Counted from the stretch's first letter, positions 10,401-18,990 are shown. The stretch is 64,000 nt of DNA from Planctomycetota bacterium (GCA_046290465.1 JBKAGP010000001.1:4480001-4544000); one strand, 5' to 3'. Numbers and translations: made by a program. Notes: a model not told the origin generated them from the letters alone.

Positions 10401-10900
10401 TCGCGGCCGCGGACCTCGAGGCGATCGAGCGCCGACAGCGCCGACTGCAGCGACGAGAACGCGGCCGCCGCGTGCTGGTGCGGGACCTCACCGCCGGCGA
10501 GTTCGCGAACTTCGCGGGCGTGCGGCACGCGGTCGCGCTGCACCGCCCACAGACCGTCCTTGAGCCGCACCATCGCGGAGTTGCGCTGCTCGACGTCGGC
10601 GTCCGTATCGACGCCCTGGTCGAACGAACGCTCGAGCGCCTCGACCTGCTGCTGCAGCGCGGCCGTGCCCTCGGTCAGACGTTCGGTCAGCGTTTCGTTT
10701 TGCAGCAGCGACCACAGCCCCGGCACGCCGCGCAGCTGCGCGTCGAGCGACGCCAGCGAGTCCGCCGCGGCGGCGAGGTGGTCGGCCGTGGGGGCACCCG
10801 CCAGCTGCGCCTCCGCTTCTGCGAGCAGGGCGAGCAGGTGATCCGGAGCGGGTGGTTGTCGCCGGCTCGCCCGGCGCAACACGGCGATGATGCCACACAT
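7469..10900 (-). CDS. glmS: Long-form glutamine--fructose-6-phosphate amidotransferase-like protein (GATase-II + 2 SIS, 1143 aa)
   Basis: MCGII N-terminus, EVRGRDSAG, GHTRWAS, NAHP, NGDVDN, ISQSGTTTDT, VASTKAF, IKLSE, AKTVTVG; large insertions and a C-terminal extension. Confidence 0.8.
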   Translation of the reverse strand: MCGIIAVLRRASRRQPPAPDHLLALLAEAEAQLAGAPTADHLAAAADSLASLDAQLRGVPGLWSLLQNETLTERLTEGTAALQQQVEALERSFDQGVDTDADVEQRNSAMVRLKDGLWAVQRDRVPHAREVRELAGGEVPHQHAAAAFSSLQSALSALDRLEVRGRDSAGVSVVVSGIDVEDARLRSLREARAIDPLFQNGSVRCADGNLNFVYKHAAEIGELGDNVAALRETILADELLQAAFRQPEVQSLVLGHTRWASVGIISQPNAHPLNQEEIAGEPGPYVIGALNGDVDNHHDLARQHDLQLHDAITTDAKVIPTLVSHQMRAGHDLTSAFRRTVSSFEGSVAIGAASTAQPDKLALALRGSGQALYIGLAEDTYIVASEPYGVVEDCDRYLRMDGETPGNPNNPAASRGQVVVLDRDGAGEVGGITRLAYDATELPVEDAHLTAAAVTTRDIDLGDHPHYLLKEIGESPNSLQKTLRGRIVNHGDQLRTALPEASLPQTAVQALQDGTTRRILVIGQGTAAVAGQAVAGAITDALAASGIAVQATPATELSGFGMSDDMSDTLIVAISQSGTTTDTNRTVDLVRGRGATVLAIVNRRGSDLTDKADGVIYTSDGRDVEMSVASTKAFYAQCAAGQLLALAIARAAGCHDDAAEHQLLQALVALPDAMRKVLAQDEKITAIARSFAPQRRYWALVGNGKNRVAAAEVRIKLSELCYKSIACDATEDKKHIDLSSEPMILCCAAGLVGSTADDVQKEVAIYKAHKASPIVIATEGESRFDKADGVIEVPPSHPSLAYILSTMGGHLFGYRAALAIDELARPLRRMRGAIEETFATGLPKDDVLTALAPRLQPHWLEFRKDLLLGRYDGTLEARTAARLTSLCNYVLELMPLDSFSVEFGEPGAPGAVVDHLTEELTTAIDELTRPVDAIKHQAKTVTVGISRTDEALLTASFVREAIAAGAVRDHLGYRDLRALASLDPAVVEVLGSTRYRVEGEPGDGTATAHVVDRRGVAANLSSRTDQNPTLKGTKHLVASERKLMVARGRSDDRTVVIVPEVKDNRTVGLTLLHVRFHEHLEAAELRGILGGYRNRYQALADSVTETEPTFDEELMASMPVVDLLCEPIYSLADRWRQGTLNAK

Positions 10901-10928
10901 CGAAAGGAGGTCTCCTGAGGTTGGGCGC

Positions 10929-12143
10929 CTAGCGCCCGTCGAACTGTCCCAGACCGCGACGAAGGTCGGCCGCGAGCTCGGTCTCTCCTGCTTCTTCGAG
11001 TCTCCGTGCGAGCCGCTTGAGCCAGTCTGCGGTGGGCTCGGGCATCGATGCGGGCGCGACCTTGGCGTTGGTCTTGCTGGTCGGCTGGAACACGCGCAGG
11101 CTGTCGCAGATCACGACACCGACGCTCTTCTCGAGCGCGAGCGCCGTGCGATCCTTGGACAGCGGTTGCCAGGCTTCGGCCGGCAGCTGCACCTTGCGGG
11201 AGCCGTCCAGGCCGAAGTGGATCTCGCCGTCGTCGGTCCACTGCACGAACTGGTCGCCGAACTTGCACGACAGCACTTCGATGCCGCCGGTGGCGTCGGT
11301 GACCTTGTCGGTGCGCAGCTCCGGCGTCGTGATCTTCTGCCCGGTCTTGGCCTCGACGACCTTCTTGATGGCCGCGATCGCCGCCGGCTTGTCGCCCGGC
11401 TCGAACTCGGGGAACTCGTCGCCGAGCCAGCGGCGCAGCGCCTTGCTCGCCTCGGTCGCGAGGTTGGCGCCCCACGGCGTGCCGAGGAACGTGCGCTCGT
11501 CCGCGAGCGCGTCGAACAGCGGCTGCATCGGCGGCACGACGCCGCGGGCGAGCAGCAGCGTCGCGAGGCGCAGCGGCGCGCGCGGGTCGGCTTCGGGCAT
11601 CGCGAACAGCTCGGCGAGCGGCTTGCCGTCCATGGCCAGCCCGAAGCGCGCGTGCGTGCGCATCAGCCAGGCCGGGTCGTTCTCGGCGCGAACCGACATC
11701 AGGTACTGCACCTGGGGGTGTTGCAGGCCGGGATTCTCGCCGTTCTCGGCGGCGGCCTCGTACTTCTCGATGCGCAGCGCCAGTCCGCGCATCGCCGACG
11801 AGCGCCAGTAGAAGTCCGGGTCCATCGTCCAGTCCCAGAGCAGGCGCGAGACCATCGGTCCGTCCTTGTCGCTGTCGGCGATCGCGTCGACCAGCGATGC
11901 GGGGATCGCGTTGGTGCCCTTGTCGGCCATGTAGGCCTTGACCGCCGGGACGGCTGCGTCGCCGCCCGCCGCGACCTTGCGTGCGGCGGCCAGGCGGATG
12001 CCGTAGCGGCGCGACTCGCAGGCCTTGGCGACGTGCCTGGCCCAGTCCTCGCCCTTGGAGTCCTGGCCGGTGGGCCAGAACGCGATCAGCGGTGCCGTGA
12101 CGGCGGCTGCCATCAGCAGCCGCAGGGAGGTGTTGGCGTTCAC
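10929..12143 (-). CDS. Hypothetical exported protein with HEAT-like N-region
   Basis: GTG start overlaps the upstream stop (GTGA); N-terminal hydrophobic segment; coding-like codon usage. Confidence 0.65.
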   Translation of the reverse strand: MNANTSLRLLMAAAVTAPLIAFWPTGQDSKGEDWARHVAKACESRRYGIRLAAARKVAAGGDAAVPAVKAYMADKGTNAIPASLVDAIADSDKDGPMVSRLLWDWTMDPDFYWRSSAMRGLALRIEKYEAAAENGENPGLQHPQVQYLMSVRAENDPAWLMRTHARFGLAMDGKPLAELFAMPEADPRAPLRLATLLLARGVVPPMQPLFDALADERTFLGTPWGANLATEASKALRRWLGDEFPEFEPGDKPAAIAAIKKVVEAKTGQKITTPELRTDKVTDATGGIEVLSCKFGDQFVQWTDDGEIHFGLDGSRKVQLPAEAWQPLSKDRTALALEKSVGVVICDSLRVFQPTSKTNAKVAPASMPEPTADWLKRLARRLEEAGETELAADLRRGLGQFDGR

Positions 12144-12550
12144 TGCGTCGTCGTCACCTTGTCGGCGTCCATCTGGTAGATCATGATGACGACGCCGTCT
12201 TCCTTCTCTTCGCCCACGTAGAGCTTGCCGGTGACCGTGACGACGCCTTCGTGCACGTCCTCAGTCACGCCGTCGGGCAGCATGCAGAAGACGATCTCGT
12301 TCATCATCGGCGTGCCGTTGCAGCCGCAGGCGTCGTTGATCAGCATGAACGCGTTGACCGGGCCCGAGCCGGGGATCTCGCGCTTCATGAAGCCGCGGAT
12401 CTCGACCTCCTTCTCGTCGAGCTTGGTCACCTCCTTGGGCAGGGTCATGCCTTCGGAGTAGTCGAAGCCCGCCAGCACCGCGAACCCGACGGGTTCGGGC
12501 TCGCCGACGAGGGCGGACAGCATCAGCAGGGTCAGGGGAAGGCGCAGCAT
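12140..12550 (-). CDS. DUF3299-family protein
   Basis: LDEKEVEIRGFM..FML..DACGC..PMMNEIV..VTVTGKL..IYQMDADKV; signal peptide. Confidence 0.75.
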   Translation of the reverse strand: MLRLPLTLLMLSALVGEPEPVGFAVLAGFDYSEGMTLPKEVTKLDEKEVEIRGFMKREIPGSGPVNAFMLINDACGCNGTPMMNEIVFCMLPDGVTEDVHEGVVTVTGKLYVGEEKEDGVVIMIYQMDADKVTTTQ

Positions 12551-12670
12551 TGGCGGGGTCTCTGGCTCGGTCCGGGGTGGGTCGGATCGAGGGCCGAACA
12601 GTGTAACAAGACGCCGCGCGCTGCGGCGAATCTTCATGCCCAGGAGCATCGTCGGGGGATACTCGCCTCC

Positions 12671-13026
12671 ATGAGCCCCAAACCGGTGTCCCGCAACCTC
12701 CTGGAGCGGGTTCGTTCGATTGCGCTGGCGCACGCCGAGACCGAGGAATCGGACCGGCTGGGCGGATCGCCGCACTTCTACGTGCGCGGCAAGATCTTCG
12801 CCGGGTGCGGGGACGACGACGGCGGCTGGGGTGTGTCGGCGTCAAGGTCGGGTTGGAGCTGCAGTCGCTGCTGATCCAGAGGGAGGGCATCGAAATAGCC
12901 AAGTACGTGGGCCGCTACGGCTGGATCCGCGTAGCCGAGCAAGCGCTCCAGGACGATGCCGAACTCCGCCACCTCATCCAACTCAGCTACGACCTCGTCC
13001 GCACCAAAAAGACCGCCAAGAAGTAA
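12671..13026 (+). pseudogene. MmcQ/YjbR family protein, frameshifted at ~12830
   Basis: MSPKPVSRN..PHFYVRGKIFA in one frame and GVKVG..AKYVGRYGW..LIQLSYDLV in another; junction GGTGTGTCGGC carries an extra GT. Confidence 0.75.
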
Positions 13027-13027
13027 A

Positions 13028-13065
13028 CACCGCATACCGAACCGGGTTCATCCTGCGCCACTTGC
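13028..13065 (+). repeat. REP-like ~37-bp palindromic element, copy 1
   Basis: CACCGCATACCGAACCGGGTTCATCCTGCGCCACTTGC; three further copies within 750 bp. Confidence 0.9.
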
Positions 13066-13069
13066 CATC

Positions 13070-13636
13070 GTGAACGTTCCCGCCCTCGGCTCGCTGGTCG
13101 GCATCGCGCTGATGTCCCTCGCGACGCTGCAATCTCCCGGTGGCTACCACTGGGCTGACCAGACGATCTCAGCTCTGCTCGCGCCGACCGCGGCCAGCGG
13201 CCAACCCAACCCGGCACGGCCGTTGGCGGTCGCCGGCGCGTTCGTCGTGCTGGCCAGCGTCGGATTGCTGTTCCACCGGCTGTCGACCAGGGCGGTCGGT
13301 TGGTGCCGTTCGACGATCCGGATCGGCGGCATCGGTGCGATGGTCTACGCCGCCCTGACGGTCACGCCGATGCACGACCTGATGGTGAGCATCGCGCTGC
13401 TGTTCTACCTGGCCGCCCTGTTCGCGACCCTGCACCTGCTGCGGCGCGAACGGCAACGCGGCGCCTTCTGGGCCGGCGTCGTCGCGCTCGTCGCGAAACT
13501 CGGCAGCGCAGTCCTCTACTACGGCGACGTTGGCGTGGACCTGCTGCCCCTCACGCAGAAGCTCACCCTCGGCTGGACGCTCGGCTGGCTGCTGACCGCG
13601 CAGCGCGAGGCGCCACCACGAAATGGCGCAGGATGA
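13070..13636 (+). CDS. Multi-pass membrane protein (DUF998-like)
   Basis: PGGYHWADQTISAL..NPARPLA..HDLMV; about 5 TM segments; stop codon lies inside repeat copy 2. Confidence 0.7.
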   Translation: MNVPALGSLVGIALMSLATLQSPGGYHWADQTISALLAPTAASGQPNPARPLAVAGAFVVLASVGLLFHRLSTRAVGWCRSTIRIGGIGAMVYAALTVTPMHDLMVSIALLFYLAALFATLHLLRRERQRGAFWAGVVALVAKLGSAVLYYGDVGVDLLPLTQKLTLGWTLGWLLTAQREAPPRNGAG

Positions 13637-13777
13637 ACCCGGTTCAGTATGCGGTGTCGGTGGGTTCGAAAGGCCGCATACCGAACCCGGTTCGGTTTGC
13701 GCCACTTGCGAACGGGAGCGTCGGGCTGCCGGATTCGAGCGAAATGGCGCAGGATGAACCCGGTTCGGTATGCGGTG
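13619..13777. repeat. REP-like element copies 2 (13619-13656, -), 3 (13673-13709, +) and 4 (13739-13777, -)
   Basis: Near-identical to copy 1, in alternating orientation; each has an internal GAACC-N-GGTTC palindrome. Confidence 0.9.
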
Positions 13778-13811
13778 GTAGGCTGGGGGGTGATGTTGCG
13801 AGAGGAAAGCG

Positions 13812-14195
13812 ATGCTTGATGATTTGGGTTCGGCGAAGGTGCGTCACCAGAGGTTCGTTCGACGGGTTGTCGAGTTGGGAAAGGTCTGGGGGCTGCATGC
13901 GGATGATGGTTGGGTGGTGTCGCCGTCCAATCATGGCGAACGGTCGGTGATGCCGTTCTGGTCCGACCGCGCCTATGCCGCGCAGTGCGCCGCCGACGAA
14001 TGGCACGGCTACGAACCGACGGCGATCCCGCTGCAGAGCTTCCTCGAGCAGTGGCTGCCGGGAATGGCCAACGACGACGTGCTCGTCGGCACCAACTGGA
14101 ACGCGCAACTGATCGGCGTCGAGGTCGCGCCGGCCGATCTGCTGCGCGAGCTGGTCGACGCGGCGGGCGGTGACGGCGGCGCGGCCGAGGCCTAG
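13812..14195 (+). CDS. DUF2750 family protein
   Basis: VWGL..GW..MPFWS..A..EW..YEP..I.L..FLEQWLPGM..D..LVGTNW pattern. Confidence 0.85.
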   Translation: MLDDLGSAKVRHQRFVRRVVELGKVWGLHADDGWVVSPSNHGERSVMPFWSDRAYAAQCAADEWHGYEPTAIPLQSFLEQWLPGMANDDVLVGTNWNAQLIGVEVAPADLLRELVDAAGGDGGAAEA

Positions 14196-14304
14196 CCCGT
14201 CGGCGAACGGGCGGACCGCCGGACGATTTGGCCGGACCGCACGTCACGCGGATCTCGACGCGCCGGTTCGCGTCGGCGCGCACACGTCCTCGACTGACCG
14301 CCGG

Positions 14305-14616
14305 ATGTACTTCTGCGCCATCGGCCTCGTGGCCCTGCTGCCGTTCGCCTACCTGTTCTGCCAGGCGTTGACCTTCATCGTGTACGAAGGCCGCTGGCGG
14401 TGGTGGTGCCTGGTGCCCCTGCTGTTCTTCCTCGGCGTGTGCTCGGTACTGATCTGGGTGCAGACGCCGGTCGCGTTCGTCACGGTCGTGATCGCCGCGC
14501 CGTCCGCGGGCATGCTCGCGCTGGCATGCGTGTGGGGGCTGTTCAGCAGGTCCGGCGGCAGCCCCGCGCCCGTCGAGGACGGCAACCCGGCCGCGACGGG
14601 GCAGCGCGAGAGCTGA
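14305..14616 (+). CDS. Small three-TM membrane protein
   Basis: MYFCAIGLVALLP..GRWRWWCLVPL; hydrophobic segments. Confidence 0.6.
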   Translation: MYFCAIGLVALLPFAYLFCQALTFIVYEGRWRWWCLVPLLFFLGVCSVLIWVQTPVAFVTVVIAAPSAGMLALACVWGLFSRSGGSPAPVEDGNPAATGQRES

Positions 14617-14628
14617 GCGCCGGCCGGG

Positions 14629-16062
14629 TCAGTTCGCCTGCAGCGACGACGGCGCGTTCGACGGCATGATCAGCCAGCTGCCGAGCGGCGGGTAAAGGGT
14701 GTTGGTCGAGCTCGTGTGCCGCTGCTCGTCGTCGTCGTGCACGTTCCAGTAGCTGCCCGTCCAGTAGACGATGTTGTCGCCGGACTGGTAGACCGGGCGG
14801 CCGTTGATCGTGAACCCCGAGCGCGTGTAGACGCCGTTGACGTTGGTCCACTCCGCGCCGGTGATCGTCAGCGTCGTCGGGATCGCGGCCTGGTTGAGCG
14901 CGATCGAGATCGGCCCGCCAAACTGGTTGGCGATGCCCAGGTCGGGTTGGCCGTTGCCGTCGTAGTCGGCGACCGTGATCGACTTGGGCGAGTTCGCGAG
15001 GCTGCCCAGGTTGAAGAACTGCGCCGTGCCGAAGCCGCCGATGCCGTCGCCGACGTGCACGGCCAGCTGGTTGGGGAACGATGCGTTCGAGTTGGCCACT
15101 GCGAGGTCGAGGAATCCGTCGGCGTTGAGGTCGACGGCCGCGATGCCCTTCGGGCGCGGTCCACTGGCAACCACCGTCGGGTTGCCGAGCGCGCCGAGGC
15201 CATTGCCGAGCAGGATCGAGATGTCGTTGAAGCCGGTGTTGGCGGTCGCGACGTCGTCGTTGCCGTCGTTGTTCAGGTCGGCGACGGTCAGGCCCCACGG
15301 GTCGACGCCACCGGGAACGCTCGCGTCGATCGTCGTGAACAGCGTCGCCGCGCCGAACGTGCCGGTGCCCGTTCCGAGCAGGATCGCGACGTCCTGCCCG
15401 CTGGTGCACGCCACCGCCAGGTCGAGGATGCCGTTGCCGTCGAAGTCGCCGGTGCGCAGCGCCCGCGGGTTGCTATCGACCGCGTAGTTGGTCGCGGCGC
15501 CGAAGCTGCCGGTGCCGGTGCCCAAGAACACCGAGACGTTGTTCGACTGACGGTTGCTGACGGCCACGTCGGCGTTCCCGTCCCCGTTGAAGTCGCCAGT
15601 GGTCACGTCCGACGGCGTCGAACCGGCCGCCATCCCGGCAGGCGCGCCGAACGCACCCGCGCCGTTGCCGAGCAGGATCGACACGTTGTTGACGCCGGAG
15701 AAGCTCGTGACCACGAGGTCCGCGTCGCCGTCGTTGTCGAAGTCGTCGGTCGCGACGCTGCTCGGCATCGCGCCGGCCGGATAGGCGGTGAACGCGCCGA
15801 ACGTGCCGGAGCCGTTGTTCAGGTAGACGAGTGCGCCCTGGAACGTCGACGACGCGACGAGGTCGGCGTCGCCGTCGTTGTCGAAATCGGCGGTGGCGGC
15901 GCCATACAGATAGGTCGTGCCACCCGAGCCCGGGTACGTGGTGACGCCGAACGACGGCGCGACGGCGCCGGGGCTCTGCGCGGTCGACGTGGCGGCGAGC
16001 ATGACAGCGGCGAGCAGAATGGCGGGAGCGATGCTCCGGCCCCGAGTGCGTGCGAGGTTCAT
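14629..16062 (-). CDS. Secreted FG-GAP/VCBS-repeat beta-propeller protein with extra C-terminal domain
   Basis: Seven DFDNDGDADL-type repeats with LGNGxGxF linkers; signal peptide; start 16062 or 16068. Confidence 0.9.
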   Translation of the reverse strand: MNLARTRGRSIAPAILLAAVMLAATSTAQSPGAVAPSFGVTTYPGSGGTTYLYGAATADFDNDGDADLVASSTFQGALVYLNNGSGTFGAFTAYPAGAMPSSVATDDFDNDGDADLVVTSFSGVNNVSILLGNGAGAFGAPAGMAAGSTPSDVTTGDFNGDGNADVAVSNRQSNNVSVFLGTGTGSFGAATNYAVDSNPRALRTGDFDGNGILDLAVACTSGQDVAILLGTGTGTFGAATLFTTIDASVPGGVDPWGLTVADLNNDGNDDVATANTGFNDISILLGNGLGALGNPTVVASGPRPKGIAAVDLNADGFLDLAVANSNASFPNQLAVHVGDGIGGFGTAQFFNLGSLANSPKSITVADYDGNGQPDLGIANQFGGPISIALNQAAIPTTLTITGAEWTNVNGVYTRSGFTINGRPVYQSGDNIVYWTGSYWNVHDDDEQRHTSSTNTLYPPLGSWLIMPSNAPSSLQAN

Positions 16063-16391
16063 CTTCATCTTCCTGTGGTGCCGGAGGAGGCCCGGCCGGA
16101 GCACGCAAGCTAGAAAGTACGTATGAGCGTGGAGTGCGGGCTGCCGCGAAGGAGTGGACAAGACGTAGCGCGCCGATCGGGTGGGCACGGCCGTCACGCT
16201 CCGCTGCGAGAGCGGGCAAGACCAGCTGGCGCAGATCGGCGCGTTCACGGTGCACGCCGCTACCTGGTCTGTCCCGGACCGCGGCCCGGACCGCGGCCCT
16301 GCCCGCAGCGCCGACCAGGGCCACCGCTACCTGGCGCGCGACCCGCGCTGCGAGACGAACCGCAGCTCGTGCGCGTCGTTCGCCGTCCTGC

Positions 16392-18320
16392 CTACAGCTG
16401 CAGGCTCACCGGCATGACCTCGCGCGCGACGATCTGCACGTAGCGCTCGTGCACGCCATGCACGCCGAGGTCGAACACCAGCCGGTACGGCCCCGGCGGC
16501 AGCACGTCGGCGTAGACCGAGACGTCGTCGTCGTGCAGCACGCCCGGCTTGCCGCCGTCGTGCATCGCGGCGCGGCGCACCGAGCCGTCGACCCCGTGCA
16601 CGGCCACGGTTCCCGGCAGGCGCCGGCCTGCCCGGTCGAGCACGTTGCACGCGAACCGCCCGCCGAATTTCGCCTGCACGGTCATCCTGGTCGGGGTCGA
16701 CGCGACAGTGACCGTGCGTTCGATCGGCAGCAAGAACGTGCCGTTGCGCTCGCCAGGGCCGGCGGTGATGCGCAGCCGGTAGGTTCCCGGTTCGACGAAC
16801 AGACGGAACGGCAGCTCGCGATCGTCGCGCTGTCGCGCCTCCTCGGTGCGCCGACCATCGCTGCGCTGCCAGGCGAACGTCGCGTTGCGCACCCGCGGTT
16901 CGGCTTCGATCTCGATCGCGAGTTCGACCATCGAATCGGTCAGCTGCAGGTCGACGGTACGGTGGTCGTCGCCGACGTCGAGCGCCGTCCAGTCCGAACG
17001 CAGCACGCCGCGGTCGGCGCGCACGACCGTCGGCTCGGCCACCAGCAGTTGCCGCGTGCCGTCCTTCTCGAAGCGCAGCGATTGGCCGCGCTCGCTCACC
17101 AGCCGCGCGTGCGGCTGCAGCTGGTCCTGGTGCACCGCACGCACCGTGGTGGTGAACGGCAGCACCACGTCGACGCGGGCCGGCGCCGTCGCGACGTGCA
17201 GCTGCAGGTTGCCGACGATGCGCATGTGCAGGACCGTCAGCACCTGCGCGATCACCTGCTGGCCGGGCGCTGCGGGCAACTCGAACCGGCCGTCGTCGCC
17301 AGTCGGGACGTCGCCGGACACCGCCAGCGTGCCGTCGGCCAGCACCGTCAGCGTCGTGTGCTCCGACACGTCCAGGTTGGTGGCGTTCGCATCTGCGGCA
17401 TTGGTGGACGTCAGGTGCACGCGGGCGTCGGCTGCCGGGCGGCCGTCCGGGTGGGTGACGGTGCCGTGCACGCGCGCCGCGTCCGGCACGACGAAGTCGA
17501 AGCCGTCGCGCGGTGTGCGGATGTCGAGCCGCGCCGTGCGTGCGCTCGGCAGCAGCGAGGGGTGCAGCTCGCCGGTGTCCTGCACCCCGTCGCTGCGCCG
17601 CCAGCGCATCGCCTGCGGCCGCATCGGGATCGCGACGACGAACAGCTCGGCGTCCGGCGGCGCGAGCAGCCGGAACGCGCCCCGTTCGTCGCTGCCGGTC
17701 TCAGCGACGGCGCGGCCGATCGGCTGGCCGTCACGGGTGCGGTAGGCGGCGATGCGCGCCGCGCGCACCGGCTCGCCCTGCGCGTCGTGCACGTGGCCCA
17801 GCACGGTCGCGACCGGCTGCACGTCGAGCACCAGTTCGCCGGCCAGCGTCAGGGCGCCGCGCTGCCGAACGAAGACGTCGCGATAGCCGTCCTGCCGGCC
17901 CTGCACCCCGAGCCTCACCATCCGGCCGGGCTGCCACCAGCTCGGCAGTTCGAGCCGGCAGCGGGCTTCGGCGTCGATCGGGGCGGTCGCGACGTGGTCG
18001 TCGAAGCGATGCTGCGCGCGCGAACGGTCCTGCAGCTCGAGGCGCAGTTCGCTGGTCCACGGCGCGTCGGCGTGCAGCCCGCGCAGGCGCACGACCAGGA
18101 AGCGCGGCGCGACCGGTTCGTCGTCGCGGCTGCGCGCCGTCGCGCGGATCGGCTCGTCGCGCCCGCCGGGCTGCGCGGCCGATGGCCCGACCTGGTCGTC
18201 GACGTGGGCATCGCGCACCGGTGGCGGCGCGGTCAGGTCCCGGTTCGCCGACAGCCACCACGCCGCGAGGGCGGCGGCGATCGCGAGCAGGCAGGCGAAC
18301 AGCAGTTGGCGTCGCTGCAT
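16392..18320 (-). CDS. Membrane-anchored protein with carboxypeptidase-regulatory-like (beta-sandwich) domains
   Basis: N-terminal TM; GHVHDAQGEPV..SDERGAF, GTVTHPDGRPAADA..TGDDGRF, VEPGTY, LPPGPY. Confidence 0.75.
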   Translation of the reverse strand: MQRRQLLFACLLAIAAALAAWWLSANRDLTAPPPVRDAHVDDQVGPSAAQPGGRDEPIRATARSRDDEPVAPRFLVVRLRGLHADAPWTSELRLELQDRSRAQHRFDDHVATAPIDAEARCRLELPSWWQPGRMVRLGVQGRQDGYRDVFVRQRGALTLAGELVLDVQPVATVLGHVHDAQGEPVRAARIAAYRTRDGQPIGRAVAETGSDERGAFRLLAPPDAELFVVAIPMRPQAMRWRRSDGVQDTGELHPSLLPSARTARLDIRTPRDGFDFVVPDAARVHGTVTHPDGRPAADARVHLTSTNAADANATNLDVSEHTTLTVLADGTLAVSGDVPTGDDGRFELPAAPGQQVIAQVLTVLHMRIVGNLQLHVATAPARVDVVLPFTTTVRAVHQDQLQPHARLVSERGQSLRFEKDGTRQLLVAEPTVVRADRGVLRSDWTALDVGDDHRTVDLQLTDSMVELAIEIEAEPRVRNATFAWQRSDGRRTEEARQRDDRELPFRLFVEPGTYRLRITAGPGERNGTFLLPIERTVTVASTPTRMTVQAKFGGRFACNVLDRAGRRLPGTVAVHGVDGSVRRAAMHDGGKPGVLHDDDVSVYADVLPPGPYRLVFDLGVHGVHERYVQIVAREVMPVSLQL

Positions 18321-18342
18321 GCCGGCAGGATACTCGCGCGGC

Positions 18343-18906
18343 ATGAAGCGCATCGCGATGACTTGTTCCCTGCTCGCGTTCTTTGCGTCGTCCGCGTGCG
18401 AGACCCCGGCGCCGGCGATGCAGGTCGAGCCGTGGCCGACCAGCGGCAAGGGCCCGACGCCGTACACCGCGGCGCAGATCCGCGACGCGCATCCGAGCGG
18501 CACGGTGCTGCGCTTCCGGATGACGTCGCCGACGACGGGTGAGGTCGTGCAGACGATGTCGTTCGTCGACAGCGACGCCGACGGCACCACCGTTCGCCAG
18601 CGCAACGAGCAGGACGGTGAGCTGATGGGTGCCGAAACCGAGCAGCGCGCCGGCTGGGAGGAGCTGCGCGAGCACGCGCGGTTCGACGCCGAGATGACCA
18701 CGCGCGAGGCGGTCCGCGGCGTGTCGGTGCCGGCCGGCACCTACGACTGCTGGCTCTACACGGTGCGGCAGGTCGCGATGCCGGGCGTCGTGCAGCGCCT
18801 CTACTTCGCGCACAAGAAGCCGGGCCCGCCGGTGCTGATCGTCTCCGAGGCCGATGGCAAGGAGATGATGCGCATGGAACTGCTCGAATACCGCCGCGGC
18901 GCATAG
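18343..18906 (+). CDS. Hypothetical lipoprotein
   Basis: Lipobox ASSAC; VSVPAGTYDCWLY motif. Confidence 0.7.
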   Translation: MKRIAMTCSLLAFFASSACETPAPAMQVEPWPTSGKGPTPYTAAQIRDAHPSGTVLRFRMTSPTTGEVVQTMSFVDSDADGTTVRQRNEQDGELMGAETEQRAGWEELREHARFDAEMTTREAVRGVSVPAGTYDCWLYTVRQVAMPGVVQRLYFAHKKPGPPVLIVSEADGKEMMRMELLEYRRGA

Positions 18907-18958
18907 GCGGCGTCGGTGGCGCCGACCGCAGAAAAACCTGCCTGGACGCGACAGGTGA

Positions 18959-18980
18959 TCTAGTGGTATAGATCACTAGA
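18959..18980. promoter_or_regulatory. Putative GntR/YtrA operator
   Basis: Inverted repeat TCTAGTGGT-ATAG-ATCACTAGA, 10 nt upstream of the gntR ATG. Confidence 0.7.
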
Positions 18981-18990
18981 GCCGTCGAAC

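Noticed and set aside
7331..10918. Very long antisense or alternate-frame ORFs (e.g. 7331-10918, 31818-36521, 27719-30226)
   Set aside because: These are shadows of real genes caused by high-GC codon bias; they are Arg/Ala/Gly-rich with no motifs.
13028..13777. CRISPR array or integron attC sites
   Set aside because: The repeats alternate in orientation with irregular spacing, and there are no RYYYAAC/GTTRRRY core ends or integrase.
16123..16390. Possible small ORF or gene remnant between the FG-GAP and carboxypeptidase-like genes
   Set aside because: No recognisable motif or convincing start in any frame.
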